Assembly: GCA_964636675.1 (NCBI GenBank)
Contig: CAZWUO010000001.1
Coordinates: 639-64,638 of the forward strand
Origin: an uncultured Ectothiorhodospiraceae bacterium
GTDB lineage: Bacteria; Pseudomonadota; Gammaproteobacteria; S012-40
Direction: 5' to 3'
Length of the DNA: 64,000 nucleotides
The position numbers were made by a program, and so were the translations under genes. Positions 37,905-48,232 of the stretch are shown here, piece after piece. The notes under the pieces were generated by a model. It worked only from the letters and a program-made list of their open reading frames with translations, had not been told where the DNA came from and ran no database searches. The first letter of the stretch is position 1. Every line of letters begins with the position of its first letter.

Positions 37905-38588
37905 TTGATCGTTGTTATAGCAGATGATCATGCCATTGTCAGGGAAGGTGTTATTTATTCTTTAAAGACTCATTTTGGCGAAGAGACACAGGTTTTAGAA
38001 GCAGAAGACTCTCCGAGTTTAGTCGCATTACTTGAGCAAAATAAAAATATCGATCTCATCTTACTGGATCTCATGATGCCAGGTGCAAACGGGCTTTCCG
38101 TGTTAAGAAAAATATGTAATGAATGGCCTGGAAACTCCGTAGTGGTGTTGTCCGCATCAGAAGACTCTACGCTGATGCGTAAATCAATTGATATAGGCGC
38201 CGCAGGCTTTATTCCAAAATCATCACCTCGAGAGGTCATGATGAGTGCTATTAGGTTAGTGCTTGCTGGAGGAGTATATATACCGCCTAAAAGTTTATTG
38301 TCCATAGAAGCAGTCTCAACTTCCTCCGAAGCAACGGAAAATAATAAGTTACCTGATCCAAAAATACTCGCTCCCAAGCTAACCGATAGACAACGACAGG
38401 TATTGATTGGTATCGCTGAAGGCAAAACGAATAGAGAGATCGGAGCAGGGCTAGAACTGTCAGAATATACCATCAAGATTCATGTAACGGCTATATTCAA
38501 AAAACTGCAGGTGAACAATCGCATGCAATCTGTGTTAGTTGCTAAAGAGTTAGGCTTATTCAAGGTGGGTGACCTCACGCCAGACTAA
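37905..38588 (+). CDS. NarL/FixJ-family response regulator (REC + LuxR-type HTH)
   Basis: TTG start after aaggggggtga. REC (DLILLDLMMPGANG). C-terminal LuxR HTH (LTDRQRQVLIGIAEGKTNREIGAGLELSEYTIKIHVTAIFKKL). Confidence 0.8.
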   Translation: MIVVIADDHAIVREGVIYSLKTHFGEETQVLEAEDSPSLVALLEQNKNIDLILLDLMMPGANGLSVLRKICNEWPGNSVVVLSASEDSTLMRKSIDIGAAGFIPKSSPREVMMSAIRLVLAGGVYIPPKSLLSIEAVSTSSEATENNKLPDPKILAPKLTDRQRQVLIGIAEGKTNREIGAGLELSEYTIKIHVTAIFKKLQVNNRMQSVLVAKELGLFKVGDLTPD

Positions 38589-38784
38589 GTGTTTTATTCA
38601 TTTATCGCGTAATGCCCTGAATATTTTTATATCTAAAGATCGCCTAACGGTACCAATCTTAGATTGCCCATTATCTCACCTTCCATTCGGCCCAGAATTA
38701 CTTAGTATTACCAGGGAGCAAAATCCTTCTGACACCGAATAAATGCGCACTCTGCATGCTGTTCAACTGTGGGTTCTAGGATAA

Positions 38785-39537
38785 TTGACGATTATGCAAA
38801 AAAGAAGTAGTGAATCTTCAAAGTACATCGCTTTGGTTGCTGAAGATCATAAATATAATATGATATTGATGGCGAGCTTGTTAGAGAAAAAGAGTGTTAC
38901 TGTTATTCAGGCACGCAATGGTAAGGCCGCCGTTGAGCAATATTTGGCAAATAAAGTGGATATTATATTTATGGATATACACATGCCAGTCATGGACGGC
39001 ATTGAAGCGATTAAAAAGATTCGGACCTTAGAAAAGGGGCAAAATCACGTGCCTATTGTAGTGCTTACGGCCGATGTTTTTATTCGGGAAAATACAGGCT
39101 TAGACACTACTCTAATTGATGAAATTTTACTAAAGCCTATCGTTAGCCAAGATTTATGGAGAGCTTTCGAAAAATTAGCCATCAAAAATTCTCTATCTGA
39201 AAAATCTTGTGAGGCTAAATCGATGCCACAAGCGAAAAGTCCTCAAACAGTCATTTCCAAACATTCTCATAAATTACCCGATGTGCTTAAAGAAAAATTT
39301 ATTAAAGAAGTACACTTATTATATGGGTTAGTTGAGGAGCAATATCGTCTAGGTAATTCAGATAAATTGCAAGAATTACTGCATAAGTTAGCGGGTATGA
39401 GCGGATGTTTTGACGCGACAGAAATGACCGGCATTTGCAATGAGTTGTTGTCCGCGATTAAGAACGAAGATTTAGTGGCAATTGATTTGGCTTTTCAAAA
39501 GTTAACCCAGTATAACGCTGAGTTACCTACCCATTAA
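38785..39537 (+). CDS. REC receiver fused to a C-terminal Hpt phosphotransfer domain (HptB-like function)
   Basis: REC (DIIFMDIHMPVMDG) and a C-terminal Hpt-like helix with LHKLAGMSGCFDA (the HxxKG motif). Confidence 0.75.
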   Translation: MTIMQKRSSESSKYIALVAEDHKYNMILMASLLEKKSVTVIQARNGKAAVEQYLANKVDIIFMDIHMPVMDGIEAIKKIRTLEKGQNHVPIVVLTADVFIRENTGLDTTLIDEILLKPIVSQDLWRAFEKLAIKNSLSEKSCEAKSMPQAKSPQTVISKHSHKLPDVLKEKFIKEVHLLYGLVEEQYRLGNSDKLQELLHKLAGMSGCFDATEMTGICNELLSAIKNEDLVAIDLAFQKLTQYNAELPTH

Positions 39538-39751
39538 GGAATGGGCACGAAATATAGAGATTTAGCCGAATGAATAAGTCTGACCATAAATCATGATACA
39601 TCAGTGATTAAGATCTGGTAAGATCCTATACTTTGAAATCTGTAGTTTAGCGTTAATTCTGGTTTTAGATGAACAACTGAATGCTTATTATACTATATCA
39701 ATAAGCAAACACGCTGGGCTGGGATAGTTCATCAGATAAGAAATAGTTCTT

Positions 39752-42700
39752 TTGGTTATCGCGGATACGGGATGTTTTGTGATTGCGCCTAATGAGATTA
39801 TTGATAAAAACCTTCCAAGGAATGAACTGCTTAGTCGGTTGAGCAGGTTGCACACTAAGTCCGTTGCTTGGGTGAGTGGCCCACCCGGTGCGGGGAAAAC
39901 AAATCTTGTTGCAACTTATGTGAAAAGGCAAACATCTGTCATTATATGGTACGAGGTAGAGGTTGGAGACGAGGACCCCGCGACATTTTTCCATTATTTA
40001 TCAGAGAATATAAAGAAAAAATGTGGCTTAGCTGAGAACTGGATTAACCCTTTAAAACCGGAATACCTATTATCTATTGATGTTTACGCAAGGCAGTTTT
40101 TTCAATTGTTGTGTCAGAATATCGATGAATCTTTTACGTTGGTTTTTGACCAATATCAGGAATTACCCAATAAATCCATTATTCATGATCTCATCAAGCA
40201 CTTCATTCGTGCCATACCTAGCCACAGTTCGATTATTTTTATTAGCCGATCTGACCCACCGGCAGCACTCGCACGTTTTGTTATCAATCAAGAAATTGAA
40301 TGTATAGGTTGGAATGATCTACGTTTTTCGGAAAATGAAATTGATGCGCTGGGACATTTGTGGGGATTCTGTCATGATGAAATGCAACTATTAGAAGAAG
40401 CAAAGTCGCAGATAAACGGGTGGGTAGCTGGTGCAGTAATCATTTGCGATTTTATTCGCAACGTTAAAAAAACGCCAGCCATAAAAGATTTATCTAACTC
40501 GGACATTTTGTTGAATTATTTTTCCGGTGAAATATTAAATAAACTCAGCGAGATCGAAAAGAATTTTTTATTTCAAATATCTTTCTTGCCGCGTTTTTCT
40601 GTTGCAGCAGCAATAGAGCTTACAGGAATCGATGACGCGCTACATATTATTGAGCAGTTACACAGTAATCATTCTTTTACTGAGAAGTTAGGTTATTCAT
40701 CAAATGAATATCAGCTACACCCTTTATTCAGAAGGTTTTTACGCTCGCGCATAAAGGATGAGTTATCTAAATCAGATATTTTAAATATTAAACACAGAGC
40801 GGCTTCTTGTTTAGAAAAACAAGGACTCGTCGAGCATGCCATCACACTTTGGTATGAAACCGAGCAATGGGACATGCTTGCGCGGATTGCAGAAAGCTAT
40901 ACCGACACACTGATTGAGCAAGGTCGCGGTAGTACGGTTGCAAAGTGGTTTCAACAAATACCGCCTGCTGTTGTCGATAAATACCCTTGTTTTGCTTATT
41001 GGAGAGCAAGGGCAATTATGCCTTATGACACCAAAGAGGCGCTAAGACTATACCGGTTTGCCTACGAAAAATATGTGCTTTTAGATACTGATGTTAATAA
41101 AAAATGGTTATGTTGGGCAGGATGTGTCGCTACCTATATACACGACTGGAAATCATTTGATGATCTGGATTATTGGATTAGTGAATTACCTTTTTTGCCT
41201 TGTAGCTTCCCACCAGCTTGTAGTATCGAAACCAAAGCCAGTGTTACTTCTGCTATGTTTATTGCGTTATTATTTAGGCAACCCGATCACTCACACTTTA
41301 TTTTGTGGGAAGAGGCCAGCCTAGCATTAGTAAAGAGTGAGTTGAATATCAATCAAAAAATCACGACTGGAAATTGCTTGGTTCTTTATTATTCTTGGAT
41401 TGCCGATTTCCCCAAGTGTCAAGTCATTATGGAAACCATGCGCGAGAATATTTCTCAGCCAGACGTATTGCCGCTTACTCGAATTATTTGGCATTCTATG
41501 GAGGCGATGTATGCTTGGCTGGGCTTGAAACCGCAGCGATGTGAAGAGATTGTTTCCAAGGGCTTAGCATTGGCGAATGATTATGGAATTAAGATTTGGG
41601 ATTTTATGCTCAACGCCCAAGGGGCTTACGGAAAACTTTCTTCTGGACAATTAGCGGGTGCTACCAAATATTTGAAAAATATGTCACGATCCGTTAGTGG
41701 GGGAAGGTCTCTTGATGCATCTCAGTATTACTATTTGAGTGCATGGGTTGCGGTATTAAAAAAGGATTACCCCCAGGCTTTAGAAAAAATTAAATTTGCG
41801 AGTGATTTGACCAAGGACGCGGGATCTCCATTTCCTACTACTTTTGTAGACATTGCTCTGTCGCAGGTGTTGTTTGAGCAAGGCGAAAAATCACGTGCGC
41901 GCGTGATTATTAAACATGTGAACAGCATAGCAGATTCGTTGCGTAGTCGGCATTTTAAACATCATAGTCTTTTAGTGTTGGCTTATTTTGATTTAATGGA
42001 TGGGAGTTACGAGCAAGGAATTAATTATCTAGAGCAAGGATTCAGATTCGCCCGTGAAAATCATTTTTTGAGTCTTATATGGTGGCGTCCTGAGCTTATG
42101 TCTAAGCTTTGCGGAATTGCTTTGTTGCATAATATCGAAGCGGAGTACGTCAAAGAGTTAATTATAAAAAATGAATTAACTCCCGATGAAAAATATCTTG
42201 GACTAGAGCAATGGCCTTGGCAAGTAAAAATCACTTCATTCAATCATTTTACTTTATTCAAAAATGACATACTTTTTGGGTCTTCCGGAAAATCTCAAGT
42301 AAAACCTTTAGATTTATTAAAGGTGTTACTGGCTTATGGAGGCAAAAGCGTTAGTGTCACAAAAATCACAGACTGTTTGTGGCCTGATGCAGACGGTGAT
42401 ATGGGGCAGCACTCATTTAGTACTACGTTATATAGGTTACGCAAACTATTAGGCTGTGAAAATTCCTTACTTCTCAATAATGCGCAATTGAGTTTAAATC
42501 CTATATTTTGCTGGACAGATGTCTGGGCAATTGAAATGCTTGAGAAAAAAATAGAGCAGAAACTACTGGAAGCTACATTCGATCCAAGCACAGCAGCGTG
42601 TTTAGAGATCGAGCTATTTAATTTGTATCAGGGTGCATTTTTAAGTCTGGAAAGTGAAAAACCTTGGTTTTTTATAAAGCGCGAAAAAGAAAGAAATCGT

Positions 42701-42967
42701 TTTATTCGGATCGCAGAACATATAGGGAAATATTGGCTCGATAATTCGCAGATAGATAATGCGATTCGTTTTTATCAAAAAGCGATCGAAATCGATTACT
42801 TGGTGGAATCGTTTTACCAACAGCTTATCCTTGCTTATCAACGTGCCGGACGAAAAGCCGAGGCTAATTCAGTTTATAAACAATGTGAGCAAGCATTAAG
42901 TGACTTTGACGACATAAGGCCGAGCGAGAAGACCAAGAAAATTTTTCGTGACTGTATGAGTTCTTAA
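39752..42967 (+). CDS. Large STAND-type regulator: N-terminal NTPase (MalT/NB-ARC-like), central helical/TPR region, C-terminal OmpR-type winged helix plus BTAD-like domain
   Basis: Walker A GPPGAGKTN and Walker B LVFDQYQE. C-terminal wHTH-like block LLKVLLAYGGKSVSVTKITDCLWPD...TTLYRLRKLLG followed by TPR-like helices (IRFYQKAIEIDYLVESFYQQLILAYQRAGRKAEA). TTG start. Confidence 0.7.
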   Translation: MVIADTGCFVIAPNEIIDKNLPRNELLSRLSRLHTKSVAWVSGPPGAGKTNLVATYVKRQTSVIIWYEVEVGDEDPATFFHYLSENIKKKCGLAENWINPLKPEYLLSIDVYARQFFQLLCQNIDESFTLVFDQYQELPNKSIIHDLIKHFIRAIPSHSSIIFISRSDPPAALARFVINQEIECIGWNDLRFSENEIDALGHLWGFCHDEMQLLEEAKSQINGWVAGAVIICDFIRNVKKTPAIKDLSNSDILLNYFSGEILNKLSEIEKNFLFQISFLPRFSVAAAIELTGIDDALHIIEQLHSNHSFTEKLGYSSNEYQLHPLFRRFLRSRIKDELSKSDILNIKHRAASCLEKQGLVEHAITLWYETEQWDMLARIAESYTDTLIEQGRGSTVAKWFQQIPPAVVDKYPCFAYWRARAIMPYDTKEALRLYRFAYEKYVLLDTDVNKKWLCWAGCVATYIHDWKSFDDLDYWISELPFLPCSFPPACSIETKASVTSAMFIALLFRQPDHSHFILWEEASLALVKSELNINQKITTGNCLVLYYSWIADFPKCQVIMETMRENISQPDVLPLTRIIWHSMEAMYAWLGLKPQRCEEIVSKGLALANDYGIKIWDFMLNAQGAYGKLSSGQLAGATKYLKNMSRSVSGGRSLDASQYYYLSAWVAVLKKDYPQALEKIKFASDLTKDAGSPFPTTFVDIALSQVLFEQGEKSRARVIIKHVNSIADSLRSRHFKHHSLLVLAYFDLMDGSYEQGINYLEQGFRFARENHFLSLIWWRPELMSKLCGIALLHNIEAEYVKELIIKNELTPDEKYLGLEQWPWQVKITSFNHFTLFKNDILFGSSGKSQVKPLDLLKVLLAYGGKSVSVTKITDCLWPDADGDMGQHSFSTTLYRLRKLLGCENSLLLNNAQLSLNPIFCWTDVWAIEMLEKKIEQKLLEATFDPSTAACLEIELFNLYQGAFLSLESEKPWFFIKREKERNRFIRIAEHIGKYWLDNSQIDNAIRFYQKAIEIDYLVESFYQQLILAYQRAGRKAEANSVYKQCEQALSDFDDIRPSEKTKKIFRDCMSS

Positions 42968-43173
42968 AAAGTCTGTGTTCGTCGTATCTTCCTATTAGAT
43001 CTTCCTCTGCATATTTGCCGCAAATGTTTGATTTATCCGTATTGTTTGCGCACCAAGCTTAAACTAACCGCCCTATATTGGTGCATTTATCGGTTATTCT
43101 AGGTCTCGATAAGCCTGCATTGTTACTCACAATCTTTATAAAAAACATAACTTTAGGCTTGGTTATTGAGAGC

Positions 43174-43189
43174 TGGCCCAGCTGTTGCT
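43174..43189 (+). promoter_or_regulatory. Sigma-54 type promoter (-24 GG / -12 GC) upstream of nirB
   Basis: TGGCCCagctgTTGCT versus consensus TGGCAC-N5-TTGCW, with correct GG to GC spacing, about 35 bp upstream of the nirB ATG. Confidence 0.45.
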
Positions 43190-43224
43190 CAATGTCGTCA
43201 TAGCAAAATATTTGAAGGATTAGC

Positions 43225-45663
43225 ATGAAAGAAAAATTGGTATTGGTTGGCAACGGTATGGCAGGTGTTCGTACGCTAGAGGAACTCCTAAAAATTGCGC
43301 CCGATAAATACGCTATTACTGTTTTTGGTTCCGAACCCTATGGGAATTACAATCGTATATTATTATCGCCTGTGTTAGCAGGAGAGAAGTCGTTAAATGA
43401 AATTATGCTCAATGATGAGCAATGGTATAAAGATAACGATATTACTTTGCTTAAAGGTAATAAGATTACAAAAATTGACCGCAAAAATAAAACGGTCATC
43501 GCTGAAGATGGCACCCAGGCCTCCTATGATCGTCTATTGCTAAGCACCGGCTCCAATCCATTTATGATCCCTATTCCCGGTATCGAGTTGCCGGGTGTTA
43601 TCAGTTTTCGTGATGTGCATGATGTTGATCAAATGTTAGATGCGAGTAAAAAGCATAAACATGCCGTAGTCATCGGTGGTGGGTTACTGGGTCTGGAAGC
43701 CGCGAATGGGTTAATGACCCAAGGCATGAACGTCACCGTTGTTCATCTTGGTGACACATTAATGGAACGCCAGATGGATACGGTATCCGGAAAAATGTTG
43801 CAAACCTCGTTAGAGCAACGTGGTTTGCATTTTTTAATGGAACACGCCACAGAAGCGATACTGGGCGAGGATAGAGTCAAAGCCGTGCGTTTTAAAAGTG
43901 GCCTTGAGATAGCTGCAGACATCGTAGTGATGGCCGTAGGTATACGGCCAAATACTGAGCTTGCTGAAAGCGCAGGTATTTATGCTGAACGTGGTATCGT
44001 CGTTGATGACACCATGCAAACATATGATCCAAAGATTTACGCAGTCGGTGAATGTGTGCAACATCGCGGTTCAACCTATGGACTCGTTGCTCCGCTGTTT
44101 GAGCAAGCGAAGGTTTGTGCAAACCATCTCGCGGAATACGGTATCGGTCGATATCAAGGATCGGTGACCTCGACAAAACTAAAAGTGACCGGCATTGATT
44201 TATTTTCAGCCGGTGATTTTAACGGTGACGAGCAGACTGAAGAGTTGGTGATGCAAGATGTGTCACGTGGCATTTATAAAAAGTTAGTCATTAAGGATAA
44301 TAAAATAAGTGGCGCAGTCATGTACGGTGATACGGTAGATGGTGCATGGTATTTCCAATTATTGCGTGACGAAACAGATATCTCGGATATTCGGCATAAC
44401 TTGCTTTTTGGGCAAGCGCACTTAGGTGATTCTGGGCATGGTGGGCATAATCTTGCGGCTCAAATGACCGACGCTACCGAAGTCTGTGGTTGTAATGGAG
44501 TATGCAAAGGCGATATTACTAAAGCGATTACCAGTAAAGGCTTGTTTACCTTAGACGATGTCAGAGCCCATACCAAGGCTTCTGCTTCCTGTGGATCGTG
44601 TACCGGTCTGGTAGAACAAATTATTGCCTCGACGCTTGGTGGTGATTATTCAGAAGCATCAAAAGTAAAGTCAATCTGTAAATGTACAGAGCATACACAC
44701 GAAGAAATTCAAGCTGAAATAAAGGCCCATAAGCTCACAAGCTATCGTGCAGTAATCGATAAAATGGATTGGCATACTGCGGATGGTTGTCATGTTTGTA
44801 GACCGGCACTTAATTATTATGTATTAGCGGCATGGCCAGCGGAAGCAGTTGATGATCCTCAATCACGTTATATCAATGAACGTGTGCATGCAAACATTCA
44901 AAAAGATGGCACCTATTCGGTAGTGCCGCGCATGTGGGGAGGGGTAACAAACCCTAAAGAGTTACGCGCGATTGCAGATGTCGCTGAAAAATACGATGTC
45001 CCTACGGTAAAAGTCACCGGTGGTCAACGTATCGATTTACTCGGTGTCAAAAAACAAGATCTTCCGTTAATGTGGAAAGACTTAAATGATGCAGGCATGG
45101 TTTCTGGTCATGCTTATGGTAAGTCTCTGCGAACGGTTAAAACCTGTGTTGGTAAGGAGCATTGTCGCTTCGGCACCCAATATTCTATGGCATTAGGGAT
45201 TAAGCTCGAAAAACTAACCTGGGGTTCATGGATGCCACACAAATTTAAAATCGCGGTATCGGGTTGTCCGCGTAATTGTGCAGAAGCAACCATTAAGGAC
45301 TTTGGCGTGGTCGCAGTAGATTCGGGTTATGAATTACATGTCGGTGGTAATGGTGGTATAAAAGTCCGCGCAACCGACCTTTTGTGCAAGGTAACGACGG
45401 AAGAAGAAGTCATCGAATACTGCAATGCCTTTATTCAAATGTATCGAGAGCAAGCGCATTATTTAGAGCGCACTGCGCCGTGGATAGAACGTGTAGGATT
45501 GTCGTTTCTGAAAACCCATATTGTCGAGGATGAAAAAAATAGAATAGCGTTATCCAAGCGTTTTGTTGAGTCGCAATCCTATGTGCAAAAAGATCCTTGG
45601 GAAGAAAGAACAACGGGTGATTACGAAAAACATCAGTTTGTTACTTTAAAAGATGTCTCGTAA
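43225..45663 (+). CDS. nirB: Assimilatory NAD(P)H nitrite reductase large subunit
   Basis: FAD/NAD Rossmann motifs (LVLVGNGMAG, AVVIGGGLLGLEAA), BFD-like [2Fe-2S] region and siroheme/4Fe-4S Cys cluster (CGCNGVC, CVGKEHC). 812 aa. Confidence 0.9.
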   Translation: MKEKLVLVGNGMAGVRTLEELLKIAPDKYAITVFGSEPYGNYNRILLSPVLAGEKSLNEIMLNDEQWYKDNDITLLKGNKITKIDRKNKTVIAEDGTQASYDRLLLSTGSNPFMIPIPGIELPGVISFRDVHDVDQMLDASKKHKHAVVIGGGLLGLEAANGLMTQGMNVTVVHLGDTLMERQMDTVSGKMLQTSLEQRGLHFLMEHATEAILGEDRVKAVRFKSGLEIAADIVVMAVGIRPNTELAESAGIYAERGIVVDDTMQTYDPKIYAVGECVQHRGSTYGLVAPLFEQAKVCANHLAEYGIGRYQGSVTSTKLKVTGIDLFSAGDFNGDEQTEELVMQDVSRGIYKKLVIKDNKISGAVMYGDTVDGAWYFQLLRDETDISDIRHNLLFGQAHLGDSGHGGHNLAAQMTDATEVCGCNGVCKGDITKAITSKGLFTLDDVRAHTKASASCGSCTGLVEQIIASTLGGDYSEASKVKSICKCTEHTHEEIQAEIKAHKLTSYRAVIDKMDWHTADGCHVCRPALNYYVLAAWPAEAVDDPQSRYINERVHANIQKDGTYSVVPRMWGGVTNPKELRAIADVAEKYDVPTVKVTGGQRIDLLGVKKQDLPLMWKDLNDAGMVSGHAYGKSLRTVKTCVGKEHCRFGTQYSMALGIKLEKLTWGSWMPHKFKIAVSGCPRNCAEATIKDFGVVAVDSGYELHVGGNGGIKVRATDLLCKVTTEEEVIEYCNAFIQMYREQAHYLERTAPWIERVGLSFLKTHIVEDEKNRIALSKRFVESQSYVQKDPWEERTTGDYEKHQFVTLKDVS

Positions 45664-45690
45664 AACAACAAAATATAGATAGGCTAAGCA

Positions 45691-45999
45691 ATGACACAAT
45701 ATATTGAAGTAGGAAAAATTGAAGATATTCCAAAGTTAGGTTCTCGCGTCATAAAGACCGGGGAAGGGGATGTCGCTGTTTTTAGAACAAGTGATGATGA
45801 AATATTTGCGCTAAAAGACAGTTGTCCGCATCAAGCCGGGCCACTTTCGCAAGGCATTGTACACGGCAAAAAAGTCACATGTCCGTTACATAATTGGGTG
45901 ATTCAACTTGCAGACGGCGAAGTGATTGCTCCCGACGAAGGGTGTGCCGCAACCTACCCGGTAAAAATTGAAAACGCCATCGTTTTTATAAAACTCTAA
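45691..45999 (+). CDS. nirD: Nitrite reductase small subunit (Rieske-like)
   Basis: 102 aa. CPH...CPLH Rieske-type motif (DSCPHQAGPLSQG...VTCPLHNW). Confidence 0.85.
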   Translation: MTQYIEVGKIEDIPKLGSRVIKTGEGDVAVFRTSDDEIFALKDSCPHQAGPLSQGIVHGKKVTCPLHNWVIQLADGEVIAPDEGCAATYPVKIENAIVFIKL

Positions 46000-46027
46000 C
46001 AAGTAAACCCATTGACTGGAGTATTAT

Positions 46028-48214
46028 ATGCTAATTACTCGCCCGATAAAGAATGAAATAAAATTACCCGGAAAACAAGATGAAGTTGTTGCCTGGAAAT
46101 ATACGACCTGTGGTTATTGCTCCACCGGTTGCTCGATCGAAGTGGGGGTCAATGAAAAAGGTGAGGGTATAAAAGCCCGTGGTGTCGGCAACGCAGATGT
46201 GAATCAAGGAAAATTGTGTTTAAAAGGTATTTTTGAGCATGAGTTATTCACTTCCTCGGGGCGTGGAACCATTCCATTGGTGCGCGATAAAATTTTTGAA
46301 GACTATAAAGAAAGCACCTGGGATGCGGCGCTGGATAAAACAGTATCTGAAATCGAACGTATTCAAAAAAAATATGGCAGAGATAGTTTTGCGATTGTAT
46401 CAACCGGTCAAATATTGACTGAAGAATTTTATACCTTGGGGAAACTCGCCCGTGGGGTTATCGGCACGAATAATTACGACGGTAATACAACGCTGTGCAT
46501 GGCCTCTGCCGTTTCGGGTTATAAACGGTCATTTGGTTCGGATGGCCCTCCGGGATGTTATGATGATTTTTCACATACGGATTGTTTGCTTGCCTTTGGT
46601 TCCAACTTACCCGAGCAACACCCCGTTATCTATTGGCGACTCAAGCAGGCGCTTGAAAAGAAAAAATTCCCCCTCATCGTCGTTGACCCTCGGGTAACGA
46701 TGTTTGCGCAATTTGCAGACATGCATTTACCGATAACCCCCGGAACCGATGTCGTGCTGCTGAATAGCTTGGCACACGTTATTCTTGACGAGGGTTTGGA
46801 AGATCGTGCCTATATAGATGCACACACCTCAAACGCTGAGGAATTCGAGAAGCTCGTCGAAAAATACAACCCCGTGATGGCCGCGAAACAATGTGGCATC
46901 GACGAAGATACGATTCGCAATGTGGCGCGATTGTATGCCAAATCCGATGCCGCGATGAGTATCTGGACCATGGGCATTAACCAAAGCACGCATGGCTCTG
47001 ACGGTGTGGTCGGCATTAATAGTTTGAATTTGATTACCGGTAATATTGGCAAAAAAGGCGGTACGAGTTTATCTATTACCGGACAATGCAATGCGATGGG
47101 TACACGAGAATGGTCATCTTGTTCGGGTTTGCCCGGTTATCGTGTGCTTGAAAAAGAACAAGATCGAGAAGACATTGCTAAATTTTGGGGTATTGATCCT
47201 GAGTTTTTCCCTAAAAAACGCGGCTTATTCCAAACAGATATTTTTCCTGCGATAGAAACCGGTCAAATAAAGGGATTGTGGATCATTGCCACTAACCCAA
47301 TGACCTCAATGCCGAATACCGCTAGGATTAGAAAAACATTTGAACAATTGGAATTCTGTGTGGTGCAAGATGCTTATCGTGATGTGGAAACCACAGAATA
47401 TGCACATGTCTATTTTCCTGCGGGATTATGGGCAGAAAAAGAAGGGTGCATGACTAATACCGAAAGAAGGGTGAATTTTATTAGTAATGTTTTGCCCGCG
47501 CACGCTGATTCAAAACCTGATCTATGGATATTTAATCAGCTGGCAAAACGCTTTGACAACGGGAAAAAAATGACATTTCCCGATTCAGCCTCCGCGGTAT
47601 TTGATGAAATGCGCGAGCTTTCGAAGGGACGTTTTCTTGATATTTCGGGCATGTCGCACAAAAAAATAGAAGAAAACCGAGGTTTGCAATGGCCGATGAA
47701 AGAAGATGCAGAAGTAGGATCGGCACGATTATATGAAGACGGAAAGTTTAACCATCCGGATAAAAAAGCCAAGCTAATAGCACTTGATTTTGTTGATAAC
47801 AACGAAGTCCCCGACGAAAAATATCCCTTCTGGTTGAATAGCGGGCGTGTTGTCGAACATTTTCATACCCGAACACGCACCGGAAAAATAGGCAATCTCA
47901 ATAAATTCAGTCCAACGCCCTATATGGAAATGAACCCAGATGTCGCCGCAGAACTTGGTGTGGAACATATGACTTATGTGCGCTTAGTCTCGCGCCGCGG
48001 AGATTCGGTGGTACTCGTACAACTGACTCAGCGGGTACCCCGAAATATGGTCTTTATTCCTTTCCATTTTCATGAATGTGTTAACCGCCTGAGTCTTGGG
48101 TTATTAGACCCTTATTCGCGACAACCTGCATTTAAGCAATGTGCCGTGCGTATAGAAAAGGTGAGTAAACAAGAAGCTGCAGCGCTCACCAATAAATCCA
48201 TTAGAGCGTTTTAA
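46028..48214 (+). CDS. nasA: Assimilatory nitrate reductase catalytic subunit (molybdopterin oxidoreductase, NasA type), cytoplasmic
   Basis: N-terminal 4Fe-4S motif CGYCSTGCSIEV, MopB domains, no twin-arginine signal. Immediately downstream of nirBD. Confidence 0.8.
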   Translation: MLITRPIKNEIKLPGKQDEVVAWKYTTCGYCSTGCSIEVGVNEKGEGIKARGVGNADVNQGKLCLKGIFEHELFTSSGRGTIPLVRDKIFEDYKESTWDAALDKTVSEIERIQKKYGRDSFAIVSTGQILTEEFYTLGKLARGVIGTNNYDGNTTLCMASAVSGYKRSFGSDGPPGCYDDFSHTDCLLAFGSNLPEQHPVIYWRLKQALEKKKFPLIVVDPRVTMFAQFADMHLPITPGTDVVLLNSLAHVILDEGLEDRAYIDAHTSNAEEFEKLVEKYNPVMAAKQCGIDEDTIRNVARLYAKSDAAMSIWTMGINQSTHGSDGVVGINSLNLITGNIGKKGGTSLSITGQCNAMGTREWSSCSGLPGYRVLEKEQDREDIAKFWGIDPEFFPKKRGLFQTDIFPAIETGQIKGLWIIATNPMTSMPNTARIRKTFEQLEFCVVQDAYRDVETTEYAHVYFPAGLWAEKEGCMTNTERRVNFISNVLPAHADSKPDLWIFNQLAKRFDNGKKMTFPDSASAVFDEMRELSKGRFLDISGMSHKKIEENRGLQWPMKEDAEVGSARLYEDGKFNHPDKKAKLIALDFVDNNEVPDEKYPFWLNSGRVVEHFHTRTRTGKIGNLNKFSPTPYMEMNPDVAAELGVEHMTYVRLVSRRGDSVVLVQLTQRVPRNMVFIPFHFHECVNRLSLGLLDPYSRQPAFKQCAVRIEKVSKQEAAALTNKSIRAF

Positions 48215-48232
48215 TGTTAGCAGGAGTCTTAT

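Noticed and set aside
37970-38476. 168-aa minus-strand ORF
   Set aside because: Antisense to the NarL-type response regulator gene. No SD or start signal.
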